From positions 32,001 through 96,000 of the IMG/VR virus record IMGVR_UViG_3300045125_000034: a DNA stretch of 64,000 nt; one strand, given 5' to 3'. Positions within the stretch are counted from its first letter, which is position 1. The number at the start of each line of letters is the position of its first letter. Positions 32,357 to 44,656 of the stretch are shown here, piece by piece. Origin of the DNA: a virus. The notes under the pieces are model-generated. The model saw only the letters and a list, made by a program, of their open reading frames with translations. It made no database searches and was not told where the DNA came from. The position numbers were made by a program, and so were the translations under genes.

Positions 32357-33796
32357 ATGGTAGCCGATAGAACCGAACTAATCATCCTCCGTTCCCTACT
32401 CCACAACGAAGAGTACGGTCGGAAGGTTCTCCCCTTTCTTCAGCCCGAGTACTTCACCGAACGCGACGAGCGTGTGGTGTTTGATGCTGTTGCCGAGTTC
32501 TTCAGCAAGTACAACAAGCCCCCGAGTGTGGAGACTCTGCTGATTGACTTGGGCAAGAAGGATGACCTAAACGAAGCCGAGTTCAAGAGCGTACAGACTG
32601 TCATTCGCTCCTTGGCAGACAACACTACAGTAGATGATAAGTGGCTCCTTGATACCACAGAGACCTTCTGTAAGGACAAGGCTGTGTATAACGCCATCAT
32701 GGAGTCCATTCAGATCATTGATGGCAAGAGCCAAAGGACTGCCAATGCCATCCCCGAGGTGCTGTCCAAGGCTCTGTCGGTGTCGTTTGATACCCACATC
32801 GGTCACGACTTTATTGAGGATGCCGAGAAGCGATACGACTTCTACCACACCGTAGAGAAGCGTATTCCGTTTGATCTTGAACTGATGAACAAGATCACTA
32901 ACAACGGAACCCCTACAAGACCCTGAATGTGTGTCTCGCGGGCACGGGCGTGGGCAAGTCTCTGTTCCTCTGCCACCATGCTGCCAACTGCCTGATGCAG
33001 AGTAAGAATGTGTTGTACATCACCTGCGAGATGGCAGAGGAGCGTATTGCAGAACGCATTGACGCTAACCTCATGGACATCACTCCTAGACGATCTGAAG
33101 TGCCTGCCCAAGGACATCTATGACCGCAAGATCAAGCGTATCATGGATCAGACTACAGGCAAACTCATTGTCAAGGAGTACCCGACAGCCACAGCCAATG
33201 TGATGCATTTCAAGCATCTGTTGGACGAACTGCGGCTCAAGCGAAACTTCAAGCCCGAGATCGTGTTCATTGACTACCTGAATATCTGTGCGTCAAGCCG
33301 TTTCAAGGCGGGAGCAAATGTCAACTCCTACACCTATGTGAAGGCTATCGCAGAAGAACTCCGTGGTCTAGCCGTGGAGACAGGCATCCCGATCTTCACC
33401 GCTACACAGACCAATCGTCAGGGCTTCTCAAGCACCGATGTTGAACTGACTGACACAAGCGAGTCTTTCGGTCTACCGCAGACTGCAGACTTCATGTTTG
33501 CCTTGGTCTCCACCGAGGAACTTGATGGTCTTGGTCAGATCATGGTGAAGCAGTTGAAGAACCGTTATGCGGACCCTGCCTCTAACCGACGCTTCGTTAT
33601 TGGTATTGACCGCAGCAAGATGAAGTTGTTTGATCTTGACCCCTCTGCACAGAATAACATTATCCTAGAGGGTGGGCGTGGAGGCAAGGAGGAAGAGGAA
33701 GAGGACAACGGAGGTTTCAAGACTTTCCGTGAGAGGATGAATGACAAGTTCGACAAAAAGAAGCGGATTTCGCGGATTGGTCTTGACAGCCGATAA
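32357..33796 (+). CDS. gp41: Replicative DNA helicase
   Basis: LAGTGVGKS, EMAEERIAERIDAN, IDYLNIC, ATQTNR, TSESFGLP, KQLKNRY. Confidence 0.96.
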
Positions 33797-33810
33797 ACAT
33801 ACACTATAAT
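33783..33810 (+). promoter_or_regulatory. sigma70-type promoter
   Basis: TTGACA-N16-TATAAT. Confidence 0.8.
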
Positions 33811-33816
33811 ACTCAT

Positions 33817-34062
33817 ATGTTCCGACTCCACATTGATATCCCACTAAACACAGACGAGCAGACGGCTGCAACTCTGTCCAACATGGTTATCGGAATCTTG
33901 TCAAGCAAGCCCGAGTACCTTGCTGAAGTGGGAGTGGAGGAGATCAACTACCGATTGGGTCACGACGATGATAGGCAGAAAAGCAACTACCTCATCAAGA
34001 CCGAATCGGGTCATGTCGCTAACAAGAAGTCTAGGATTTCTCTCAAGGAGGAATCCGCATAA
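33817..34062 (+). CDS. Hypothetical protein
   Basis: Intact 81-aa ORF after a promoter. Confidence 0.6.
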   Translation: MFRLHIDIPLNTDEQTAATLSNMVIGILSSKPEYLAEVGVEEINYRLGHDDDRQKSNYLIKTESGHVANKKSRISLKEESA

Positions 34063-34063
34063 C

Positions 34064-34136
34064 GGGAGCGGGGGTCTTTGGTTGCGCCAGATTGGTTTAT
34101 ACCCGATTGGAACAGGTTCGATTCCTGACGCTCCTA
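34064..34136 (+). tRNA. tRNA-Ile(TAT) with an atypical D arm
   Basis: GGGAGCG/CGCTCCT, A73, ATTGG-TT TAT AC-CCGAT, CAGG-TTCGATT-CCTG. Confidence 0.7.
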
Positions 34137-34163
34137 CTAAATACTCACAAAGGAGATTACACC

Positions 34164-34545
34164 ATGATGCTTATACCCAACACCAACTTCGCAATTCTTT
34201 CTGTTGACAAGGACTTTGATCCCAAGACTGCGGGATCAGCAGGTTCTCCTTTCAAGGGCAAGGCTGAGGCAGTAGGTCAGCCTGAGTTTGCACCACAGCC
34301 CGTAGCAGGCGATGGTCGTAACTTCTCCTTCGCACGACAGCCTGAACCGTTCCCTCTCAAGAAGGGGCGACGAGGTAATCTGCGGTGGGTACATTGACTA
34401 CATCTTGAAGGATCACGAAAACAACAAGACGCTCATCGTGGTCTTCAAGGATCAAATCTACGCCATCGTTCGTGACGAGCAGGAAGAGATCGGTCTCTTC
34501 AACCAAGAGATGGCTGCTCAGGAGCCGCAGTTTATTCAAGGCTAA
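34164..34545 (+). CDS. GroES-like protein (copy 2, divergent)
   Basis: MLIP..FAIL..KGKAEAVG..PLKKGDEVI..TLIVVFKDQIYAIV follows the GroES motif order; late promoter and RBS upstream. Confidence 0.55.
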
Positions 34546-34548
34546 TGA

Positions 34549-35062
34549 ATGAAGGTTCTTCTTCTCAACGCAAGTGAAGAAGTCCTAAACCTGATTGATT
34601 GGAAGCGAGCCGTCAACCTGCTCTGTTCGGGCAGGGCGGCGAAGCCCTATGGTCATGAGGACTTCTATCAGATCCGTACTCCCTGTAGGACAGTATGCCC
34701 TACCCACGGCTATCGTGCTTGTGGAGTATGTCCATGTTCCACATAGGGTGGAGGGTGTGACTCGTAAGGGTATCTTCCGACGAGACAAGTTCTCCTGCCA
34801 ATACTGTGGATGTTCTTTGAATTCGTCTAACGCCACGGTTGACCATGTTCTTCCTGTGAGTAGGGGTGGTCTGTTCTCTTGGAAGAATGTTGTGGCTTCC
34901 TGCAAGCCCTGCAATTCTAGGAAGGCGAATAGAACGCCCGAGGAGGCAAGAATGCCCCTCAAGACCAAGCCGTTTATCCCAACCCGTAAGATGCTGATCT
35001 ATACGATTGTGGACAAAATGGGCATCAAGAAATGGGGAAGATGGGTTCAGGGAAATGAATAA
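34549..35062 (+). CDS. HNH endonuclease
   Basis: VLLLNAS, RKGIFRRDKFSCQYCG, TVDHVLPVSRGG..WKNVVASCKPCNSRK. Confidence 0.92.
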
Positions 35063-35074
35063 ATACCCTAGCCT

Positions 35075-36318
35075 ATGCTCTCATTCACCATTTTTCAAAA
35101 TCAACCATGCAAGTTGCTGTCCGAAGAGGGGAAACTTACCCACCTTCAGCACCTTGAAGACGGTATGTTTTTGGATGGGGTGGATGGTCTAAACGACTCT
35201 ATAGACATTCTAAACAAGGTTGTAGATACCCTCACGCCCGCCCGCGTGGCGCACCTGCTTCCGTGAGCGTGACTACTAAATGGGACGGATCACCTGCTGT
35301 TGTTACAGGCACAGACCCAAGCAACAAGAAGTTCTTCGTGGCCACCAAGTCAGCCTTCAACCCAAAGAATCCAGATACTAAACTACAGCGTAGAGGACAT
35401 CAAGAAGAACTATCCCGATTCGGGAGTAGCCGATAAGTTGATTGATGCCTTCAACTACCTGAAGCCCATGAACATCAAGGGAGTGTTTCAGGGAGACCTA
35501 CTATACACGACAACAGGAAGGAAAGAGGAGACCATAGGAGGTATCCGCTACATCACCTTCCGTCCAAACACCATCGTGTATGCCGTACCTGTGGATAGTC
35601 CCGCAGGCATATCCATCAAGGCATCAAAGATCGGTATTGTATTTCACACGAAGTACACGGGGTCAACCATCGCAACAATGACTGCTTCTCCTTTGGGCAA
35701 CACCAAGGTAGGTAGCACATCAACGGCGGTGTGGTCTGTTGATCCAAAGATACCCGCGTTGCCGAAGAACTCCCCTGTTCTGATGCAACCCCCGAAGTCA
35801 AGTTGCTTGGTGAGTTGGTTAAGCAGATCAAGAGCAAAGGCAAAACGCTATCTGCTTTCCTCACCAACTTCTTGGCTAAGGACACGGCAAAGTATCTGAG
35901 CCTCTACATCAACTCAACAGTCAACGCAGGTATCTCAAACCGTAATGCAAACGGTCTTGGTCTCTACATCAAAACAAGAGAGACCAAGGAGATGGACAAG
36001 TTGAAGACGGAGAAGGCAAAGGCTCAACGCCAAGAGAAGTTGGACGGCATGATCGCGTACCTGAACGCCTATGCCAAGCAGATAGACGGACTCTTTGAAC
36101 TGCACTCCCTGTTATCGCAGGCAAAGATGATCGTCGTAAACAAACTATCAATGACCAATGTAGTTGACACATTCAATATAACCGACAAGGGTTATGTGAA
36201 GACTGCTCCCGAAGGATTCGTTGCTGTCTGCGGCGATACCTGCAAGATGGTAAAGTTGGTTGATAGAAATCATTTCTCGCGTATAAACGCAACATCTAAG
36301 AAGGAGTGGAGCAAGTGA
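35075..36318 (+). CDS. Conserved T4-like protein with ligase-type nucleotidyltransferase motifs (frameshifted)
   Basis: THLQHLED, TTKWDGSPA (KxDG), FVATKS, VFQGDLLY, PEGFV, VKLVDR. Confidence 0.6.
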
Positions 36319-39300
36319 AACGGTTCACCGAAATAGTGGCAGAAGCCCCCAAGAAAGAGAAGGCGATAGTCATAGGTGTGGGCAGGTTCAACCCTCCAAC
36401 TACTGGCCACGAACTTCTGTGCAAGAAGGTCATGGATGCTGCATCTGCTCGTCAGGCAGAAGCACGCTATCTTCGTTTCCAAATCGCAGGATATGAAGAA
36501 GAACCCTTTGGATGTCAAGACCAAATTGGAATACCTAAAGAAGTTCTTCCCCAAGGTTAACTTCAAGCAGATGGACACTTATAAGTCTCCCGATACAGGC
36601 AGGACAATCGGTGGTCCATTTGCTGTTCTACAGATGTTGAGTGACAAGGGGTACAAGAAGGTCTATGTGGTTACAGGAGCAGATCACATGGAAGTTTACA
36701 AGGAGCCTCTAAGTACATCAACACCGATCCAAATGACAAGACGGGTTACAAGTTCACAGAATACGAGGTCATCAATGCGGGTGATCGTGATCCTGATGCA
36801 GAGGGGTTGGTAGGTATGTCTGCTTCTAAGATGAGAGCCGCAGTTGTAGCCAACGACTACAACCAATTCCTCAAGGGCATTCCGTCACATGTCAACAAGA
36901 CCGATGCCAAGAAGTTGTACATGGCAGTCCGTAAGGGATTGCAGTTGAAAGAGGAGTGGTTGTGGGAGGAGAAGGCAACGGACGCAGTTATCCTTTGCTT
37001 GACTTCTGCTGAGGGAAGCATCAAGGGATCAAGCATTGAGAAGATGGAAGCCTCATGCAAGAAGAAGGGCATAGAGTTTCATGTCGTGAAGATGAAGTAC
37101 GCCATGATTGATGCGGCTTCTGCAACACCAAACAAGATCGTAATTCAAAACCACGATGGCGAGAAGAAGAGCATTACTGTAGACCCAACAAAGACCATGT
37201 GTTTTGTTCGTGGAGGCGTGATGAATTCGGAGATCGGTATTGGTCTCGCTACCGTGCTACAGAACAACGGTGTGTTCATGGTCAATGAAAAGAATGCTAT
37301 GGACCTGTGTGCAAACAAGTTGCAGACAGCCTTGGCACTCAAGAAGTTTGACCTACCACACCCACGAACTGCATTTGTTTCTGATGTTGACTCTATCCCA
37401 AATGCCATGAAGGGCTATCGGCGGCAAGTACCCCGTCATTCTCAAGACGATCACGGGGGCAGAGGGTATCGGTGTTTCTATCATTGAAAGCGAGAAGTCT
37501 CTGCTATCGGTTCTGCAATCGTTGTGGAAGTTCGGGGCAGAGGTTATCATTCAAGAGTTCCTGCCGGGGTTCAAGAACGATGTTCGCAGCATCGTACTCA
37601 ACGGCAAGATATTCGCCTGTGCCAAGAGAGACAAGGCAAGGGAGACTTCCGTACAAATATCGCCCGTGGGTCAAAGGGTGGCTCGTTCAAGTTGTCAGAA
37701 GAAGAGATTGCCTTGGTAGAGAAGGTCGCCCGCGTGAGCAAGTGCTACTATGTTGGTGTTGACCATGTTGTTGTTGATGGCAAGCCATACATCATAGAGA
37801 TGAACGCCTCACCCCGGCAGCGGTAATGTCTACACCATCTATAAGGATGGCAAGCCTGTAAAAGGAAGTAGACGGTCAGGGTCTCATGGACGAACTGATT
37901 GAGCATGTCTCCAACAAGGCTAACTGGAAACTCTTTACTGCCGTGGCTGTAGCAGACAAGATCAGGTAGAAGGTGAGGATTATATTTGTAAGGTAGACAC
38001 AGGTCAAAGTGGCTACAACTCAATGCATGCTACCGACATCAAGATCAACGAGAAGAATCACACAGTCACATTCAAACTAAACGGCAAGAAGCAAGTTACC
38101 AAGAACATCATCAGCCGAGTCAAGATCCGTCGTGGTGGTATCAAGGAACAAGAGGTCCGTCCTGTTGTGTTCATGGATGTTGAGTTTGGCGGCAGAAAGC
38201 ATAAGAATGTAAAGTTCACTCTTGCAGATCGTAGTCACATGACTTACAAGGTTCTTGTGGGTGTTCGCTTCCTCGTACAGGCGGGCGTACAGGTAGACCC
38301 AAGCGATATGTCTGCTGCTGCAAAACCAAATGTAAGTGAGTCCATCAACGAAGCCGATAGTAAGTACAAGACAAAGGCAGGCAAAACAAAGGCTAGCCCC
38401 AAGGACAAAGAAACGGGTCTACCAAGAAGTATGTTTCGGGCTTGAGTGACACGCAAGCAAAGAAGAGAGAAGCACAGTTGCTGCTCGTAAGGAGTAGATC
38501 CGATAGCGATCCCAAGGCATGGAAGAAGCTGCTCAGGGCGACCCAAGAAGACCGCAAAAGAGATCGTAGCACTCTGTAGCATTTGCTAAGAAGTTTGGAA
38601 GCAAGTCAGAAGCCTATGAGTTGCAGAATGTTCTTGAGACCCTTCTTCTTGTAGACAACGCAAAGACAAACATCGTGAAGGTTGAGAAAGCAAGGGCTTT
38701 TCAATCAAAGGCTACTTGTCAGAAGAGATTGATGCTCTGGCAGCTGTACATTGATGACATTAAGGAGTCTCTGCATGGTAATGCTATTCCTGAAGGCGAG
38801 ATGACCTTGGAAGAGAAGTTTGAGGATGTGTTGGTAAACCACAGACAAGACAAGCGAGGCTCGTCATGCATACCTTGAAGCCCTTGAAGTAGGTACAAAC
38901 AAGATTCGCAAAGACCTACGCCAAGGATACCCTCGGCCAACTAAAGGAAGAGGACAAGGAGAAGGAAGAGCAGGATGCCATCTACAAGGAATGGTCTAAG
39001 TTAGTCAATATGGGGCTCAAAGGAACTTGAAAAGTTCATTGATTCTGATGAGGGTGGAGAAGCCGGTCCTATCTCGCAAAGAGGCAGGCAAGGCAGGTTC
39101 GGGTGGTGGCAAGATAACAAGCGGCAGAGACTCTGCCCGTGCAATTGTAAGAATGTTGAAGCGTAACAAGGACTCATGGACAGCCAACGATTGGAAGTGG
39201 AGGCCAAGAAGCAGATCAACTTTGATAAATAGAATGAAGGGAGCCAAGGGTAAGATGCGTGAACCCGATGGAACCCCGACTCGCAAACTACTAGCCCAAA

Positions 39301-39347
39301 GATATGGTCACAATCCAGAAAATGAAAAAGTACAAAGACCTAGTTGA
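36315..39347 (+). CDS. Putative polyprotein: cytidyltransferase-like + RimK-type ATP-grasp + retropepsin-like protease + DUF3140-like domain (frameshifted)
   Basis: GRFNPPTTGH..MSASKMR; ANKLQT..PHPRT..PVILKT..GAEGIGV..QEF..DVR..DFRTNIARG..GVD..IEMNASP; KVDTG..SMHA..FTLADRSHMTYKVLVG; LVNM..ELEKF..SGRDSARAIV. The cytidyltransferase-to-RimK junction is in frame in ORF 36807-37487. Confidence 0.75.
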
Positions 39348-40215
39348 AGAATTGAAATTGCAAGAAGCCTGAAAGCCTTGAGAGACAAGGCTGGTGAAGT
39401 CGGGCGTATCCTATTCAATTTTGAAACAAGTCTACAACAGAGGGATGGCTGCTTGGAAGGGGCGGCTACAGACCCAGAGCCACACCACAGCAATGGGCAT
39501 TGGCTAGGAGTGAACTCATTTTTAACCGACGGCAAGACCCGCCATACAGCAGATGCAGACCTTGGAAGAAAGCCAAGGGCTGAAAAGTACTAAATATAGG
39601 TTAGCAACATCCTCAAGGAGTTACCATGCATAACAGCCCAATCAGTAAGGCATTTTACAACAACATCGCAGAAGTTCTATCCTGGCAAGACTACAAAGAA
39701 GGTAGAACTTCCCCAATCCCTAGTTGAAGCAGCAAAGGCTGCTGCAAGGATTTGGAAACATCGTTCTTGGCTGAGGGCTATACCAGCATTGAGCGTCGTA
39801 AGGAAATCCTCCGTAAGCACCTCAAGGAAGGGGCTTCCAAGTGTGGATGCAACCTAACAAACCAAATGGTTGCTCGTTTTGATGAGATGGTTGATGAGGT
39901 TGATGCTCCTGTTGTTGCTTGAAGAATCAAAGGACAAGATGCCAACCCAAAACAGCCCACTATAGCAACCCCAAGCGAGGTTGCTAAGAAGACTGCCAAG
40001 CCACGAGGCGGCAGCATCGGTATTAAGAACACGGCATTGGCAGGCAGCAAGAAGAATCCTCCAAAGATGGAAGAAGTTGCTACCGAAGAGGCAAACAGTA
40101 TCGTAGAAACAACCAGCACTAAACGCTTTTGTGAACGAACTGAACGGCGACGAGATTCGCATCCTAAAGAACATTCTTTCCAACCGCTAAATAGGTAAGA
40201 GGTGGAGAACACGAA

Positions 40216-41031
40216 ATGTCTTACTGGAATACAAACGATAGAGAAGAATCAAAGCCAGCTTGGCTGAACCACGTCACAGAAGCGTTTCGTGTGGCAAGAA
40301 ACAGCCAAAGGTTGGGAAGTGCCTCTTAGCAGATGGTAACTCAAACTTGGCAAAACCAGTGCTTGATGGAACAAAAACACTAGTGAGCAACAGATAGAGT
40401 TCCACTAACCGAACTTCTGGTTAAGCTTTGCCTGTAGATCCTAGAGCACAACTGGTCTATCAGCATCAAACTGGACAGCCAGAACAGCACCGTATTTCGG
40501 GTGGTACTGCTTCATCGGATACACTCAAACTATGCGGGCATACATCACCCGCCCATTCGGCGGCGATAGTTTCACCGTGCAGGTGGTATTATCAACGGCG
40601 TTGGCGTTTCGCACGACTCTGGCACAAACTACGGTCTTAATGGATATGGGGTGTCTACTCTATATTGGAAGAGCGAAAGACAAGTGCGGCGGAACAGGTT
40701 ACATTAAGGTTTGTGCAAACGATGTGAACTTCACAAACACCCTGGATCGCTATCCTTGACTGCAAGCAGCTCTAACTGCCGCTTCAACAACTGCCGGAAC
40801 TGTAAGAACCATCGCGTTCTTCACAAATGCAAATCTGCTGAATACCTCAAATGTCTCCTGCCGGATGTTTACGCTGAAGCACTATTCGGTCCAACATCTT
40901 CATACAATAGTAACATTGGTGTTAATATCCGTATTCCTTGGGGAATCACCACGGGCAACTACGGCATGACCGCTAATGTCTTTGATGGAACAGTCACGGG
41001 TTCAAGTAAGTTCACAGTCACCGTTTATTGA
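40216..41031 (+). CDS. Putative virion structural protein (heavily frameshifted)
   Basis: Late TAAATA at 40188; MSYWN.NDREESKP start; Gly/Thr-rich beta-type sequence. Confidence 0.4.
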
Positions 41032-41040
41032 TAGGAGTAG

Positions 41041-42230
41041 ATGATGCGTTTCAAAGACTGGCGTAAGAGTCTGAGATGAGAACTCGATGGCGATATGCCG
41101 ATAGTAGCTATCGGGTTTAGCCACCTTCGTCCCGCAGTTGCGCCTATTCAATCCCGATGGTGCTATTGACACCCCCGAGACAAACATCGCAGCACTAACA
41201 GGTGAGGCGATTGATAAGTTGAATGCCTACTTCTGGGAATGGTGGCTTTCTGCAAGTCATACATCAACCCATCAACCGTACTAAATCACATTCAGACCGA
41301 AACTTGCGGAGTTCGGTCTTCACTTTGACTGCCGCCTTCCTCCCGCAAAGCAAGGCGTTGGTCCAACCAAGCGACTCACGAACAGCACCTGGACAAGAAC
41401 GGACCAGCTGACCCCAAGTTGAAGAGGGCGAACACTACTATCCTCTGACCATGTTTGGTGGCTCACACGGTCGCTATCCAAACCGATCCAACTCTTGAGC
41501 CATATCACTCAGATGGCATCACCCGCAAGACAGGAACCTCTTGTACCTATGCGTACATGTGATGAGAAATCGAGAACTCAACCTTCACAGTCAAGCTCCT
41601 ATATCAAGATGGGTACTGTTCAGAATCCTGCTATGGAGGAGACTGAGGTCGAGGGCGAGGATATCGTTGAAGCCAAGGGCGAGTTGACGTGGAAGCACAG
41701 TAAGGATGGGAAATTCCAAGTAGTTCGTTACTTGGGCAATCAGAAGTTCTCACGACCAATAAAGACCTTCAACAAGCGAGAAAAGATGCTCGCAAGCATT
41801 GATAGCAAAGAAGGAAAGAAGGAAGGTTGGAGCGAGGAGACCAGAGGAGTTCTGGTAAAAAAACTGGATGAAGTAGTCTCAATGAAGGACTTGGGTTTCA
41901 AGCCCACGACTTCAATCGGCGGTACATCCTTGATCGGCTACATCAAGGGCACAGACCATCAACGAAATAAGCAAGATTCTTGGTTCACCTACGAGATATA
42001 CCCGTGGCGTAAAAGCGTAAGTGTGCTGTGGGCTATCAGTAACGATAGATTGACCATAACCATCTACGACTACACCACAGGCGGTACTAGATGACAACGA
42101 GAAGTACGACTTCCATGTTGGCACATTCTACAACAAGTATTCGGTAACCGAGTCTGTTCGTAGAAGCACTCAAGATGATGGGTCTAAAGTTCGTCGCCAA
42201 GAAGCGATAAGGGCGTTCCAAAATCCGTGC
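41041..42230 (+). CDS. Hypothetical multi-module protein (heavily frameshifted)
   Basis: RBS AGGAG; MMRFKDWRKSL.E start; IVE and LDE motifs between modules. Confidence 0.4.
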
Positions 42231-42289
42231 ATTTCATCGCCCGAAAGGAGTTGCAAAAACAACTCCTTTTTTCTTGCATAGATAATGGT

Positions 42290-42703
42290 ATAACGATGGT
42301 AAACTATGCAATTCAAAAAACCGGAATGAAGACAACTTTACGCCATTTGCGGTCAAGAACTACGACAACCCGCAATGTGCAAGTAAGCATTACGAACGAG
42401 TCCGAGGAAGACCTCACACGCATAGTCTATTTGAAGCGTCTGTTCAAGAAGTATCAATTCGCACGGGCGAACTTCGGGAACGACTAATCCTCAACCATCT
42501 CATCACCTTTCTATAATGTATTCGGTATTCCTGCGGGGAACCGAATGCTGTTTTATAGGATGGACAAAGACTTGCTGTCCTACCTCAAAACCTTCTCGTT
42601 TACCTGCAATATCTGCCAGAAACCACTAAAGATATAGAGGGCATAGATATAGTAGGAACGGCCGCTTGATCCTGCCATAGTTCAGAAGTTGAGGACTCTC
42701 TAA
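42290..42703 (+). CDS. Conserved T4-like hypothetical protein
   Basis: NEDNF..AVKNYDNPQC..EEDL.RIVYLKRLFKKY..GELRERLILNHLI..YNVFG. Confidence 0.7.
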
Positions 42704-43413
42704 TGAATATCATAGATGTCGTAATAGCCTACCGATTCGTCACGATTCTCTCAACCCCTTGGACGAGCATGGAGGCTTTCAAGTACGGCATCATAGACAA
42801 AAAGGGCAAGATCCTAAAGAAGAGAAGCCAACTGTCTACCCCGCAGGAAAAGGCTGCTTACCCTGATGTCTCTTCACCCTGTGTTGGAACATCAAGCGTA
42901 TTCTTGAAAAGGTCGGATTCAAGAGTCAGTTGACAAACTTTGCTGCCGCTCTGTGGCTACTCAAGGAGAAGTACGGCGAGACAGATCCCATGAAGTTTGA
43001 GAGGCTGCTGAACGATATCTTCAACGAGAGAGGTATATCCCTCAAGCCGATCATAGCCGAGCATAAGAACAACAACCTAATAGAGCCGGGCGTATACAGG
43101 CTCTACAACAAACTATACAGAGTTAAAGGAGTCGGTCAAGCCCGTTGGCGATGTGTTTGGAATCCCCGTCTTCAAGTTTGGCAACAAGGTCTTTATCCTT
43201 GACGAACTAAAGAGAGTGGCAGAAGACGGGGCTGTTGCTGCTCCTGCAAACAATGTTGGCGGTGGTGCTATGGCAGGCGTATCGCCGGGTCAGGAGCCAC
43301 CCATGCCAAAAAGCGTTGCCAAGAAGCGTAAGAAACTACTTAAGCGTCAGCAAGACAGAATGACAAAGGATGTGAAGACCCTGAATATCATTGATCCTTC
43401 AGGACAAAAGTGA
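42703..43413 (+). CDS. Conserved T4-like hypothetical protein
   Basis: IDVVIAYRF..LSTPW..AFKYGIIDKKG..FAAALWLLKE..ED..APANNVGGG. Confidence 0.65.
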
Positions 43414-43597
43414 TATAGGTTCTATGTATACAAGAAACTTGTGAGATTGACAAAATAATCGACAATCTTTACTTGACATTCCAAAACCCCCCAACTTTAG
43501 TTAAAATTGGTGTTGGGTTGAAATCACTACTTGCAATAAGTCACTAACTGCCACATTGTCACTTGATTTGCCCCGTGTTTATGATATACTAGCCGCA

Positions 43598-44640
43598 ATG
43601 GGCTTCCTTGAAATCAAGTACATCAATATGGTCTCCCCACGGCTAACCCGTTTCGTATGGAAGAAGACGAACAATCTAGCCACATGCAGGTGTCCAATAT
43701 GCGGAGACTCCAGAGAAACCGAACCAAGACCCGCTTCTACTTCTACGAAAGGAAGGGTGGCTTTATGTCAAGTGCCACAACTGTGACTATGGAACAACCT
43801 CGCACGATTCCTTGAGCAGTTTGACAGGGGACTCTTACGACCAATACATTATGGAGAAGTACCGAAGCGGGCTTGCATAGGGCAACGAGCCAAAGCCCGA
43901 CTCTCAAGTTTGAGCAACCAAGATTCAATACAGTGAAGCGATAGACCAAATAAGGGAGCAGGAGGCTATCGGACTCCCTTCACTTGACTCGCTTCCGCAG
44001 GATCATCTTGCGGTAGAGTTTGTCCGTAGTCGCCTGGATCCCGAGAGACAAGTGGGGGCTTCTATACTACGCAGAACACTTCGGAGAGTGGGCAAAAACC
44101 ATAGACCCTGAGAAGGAGCTGGGCGATGAGCCGAGACTCATCACACCCATCATTCGTGGTGGCAGACCGACCGGTGCTAACTGCCGTGCTTTGGACAGCA
44201 GGCAGGGGCAAGAACATTCTTGCCACATCACTCTACGCAAAGAGAAGGACGAAGACCGCCCGTGGTTTGGTCTAGACAGGCTGAACCCCAAGGAACAGGT
44301 TATCGTGGTGGAGGGTCCAAGCTAGACCCCTGTTCCTACCAAATGCAGTAGCCATGTCGGGGCTAGGTAAATGCACAAGCCTACCCAAGGAGTTGGGTGA
44401 GTCTCCCATCTTTGCCTTGGACAAACGAGCCAAGAAACAAGGAGTCGGTCAAGACCATGAATGAGTTGATCGCTATGGGCAGGTCGGTATGCTTTTACAC
44501 AAGTAAAGTCACGCAGAAGGACATAAACGAAATGGTCCTCGCGGGTCACGCGCCTGCCCGCGTGTGCGAGATGATAAAGCGAAAACGCCCGTCAAAGGAC
44601 CGTCTGCCAAACTAAAATGATGACTTGGAAACGCTGCTGA
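43598..44640 (+). CDS. gp61: DNA primase (frameshifted)
   Basis: Zn finger CRCPICGDS..KCHNC, EPRLI.P, FGLDR, TOPRIM VVEGP, NEPRN, KDINEM; promoter TTGATT-N16-TATACT at 43563. Confidence 0.92.
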
Positions 44641-44656
44641 AAGCCTAAATAATGGC

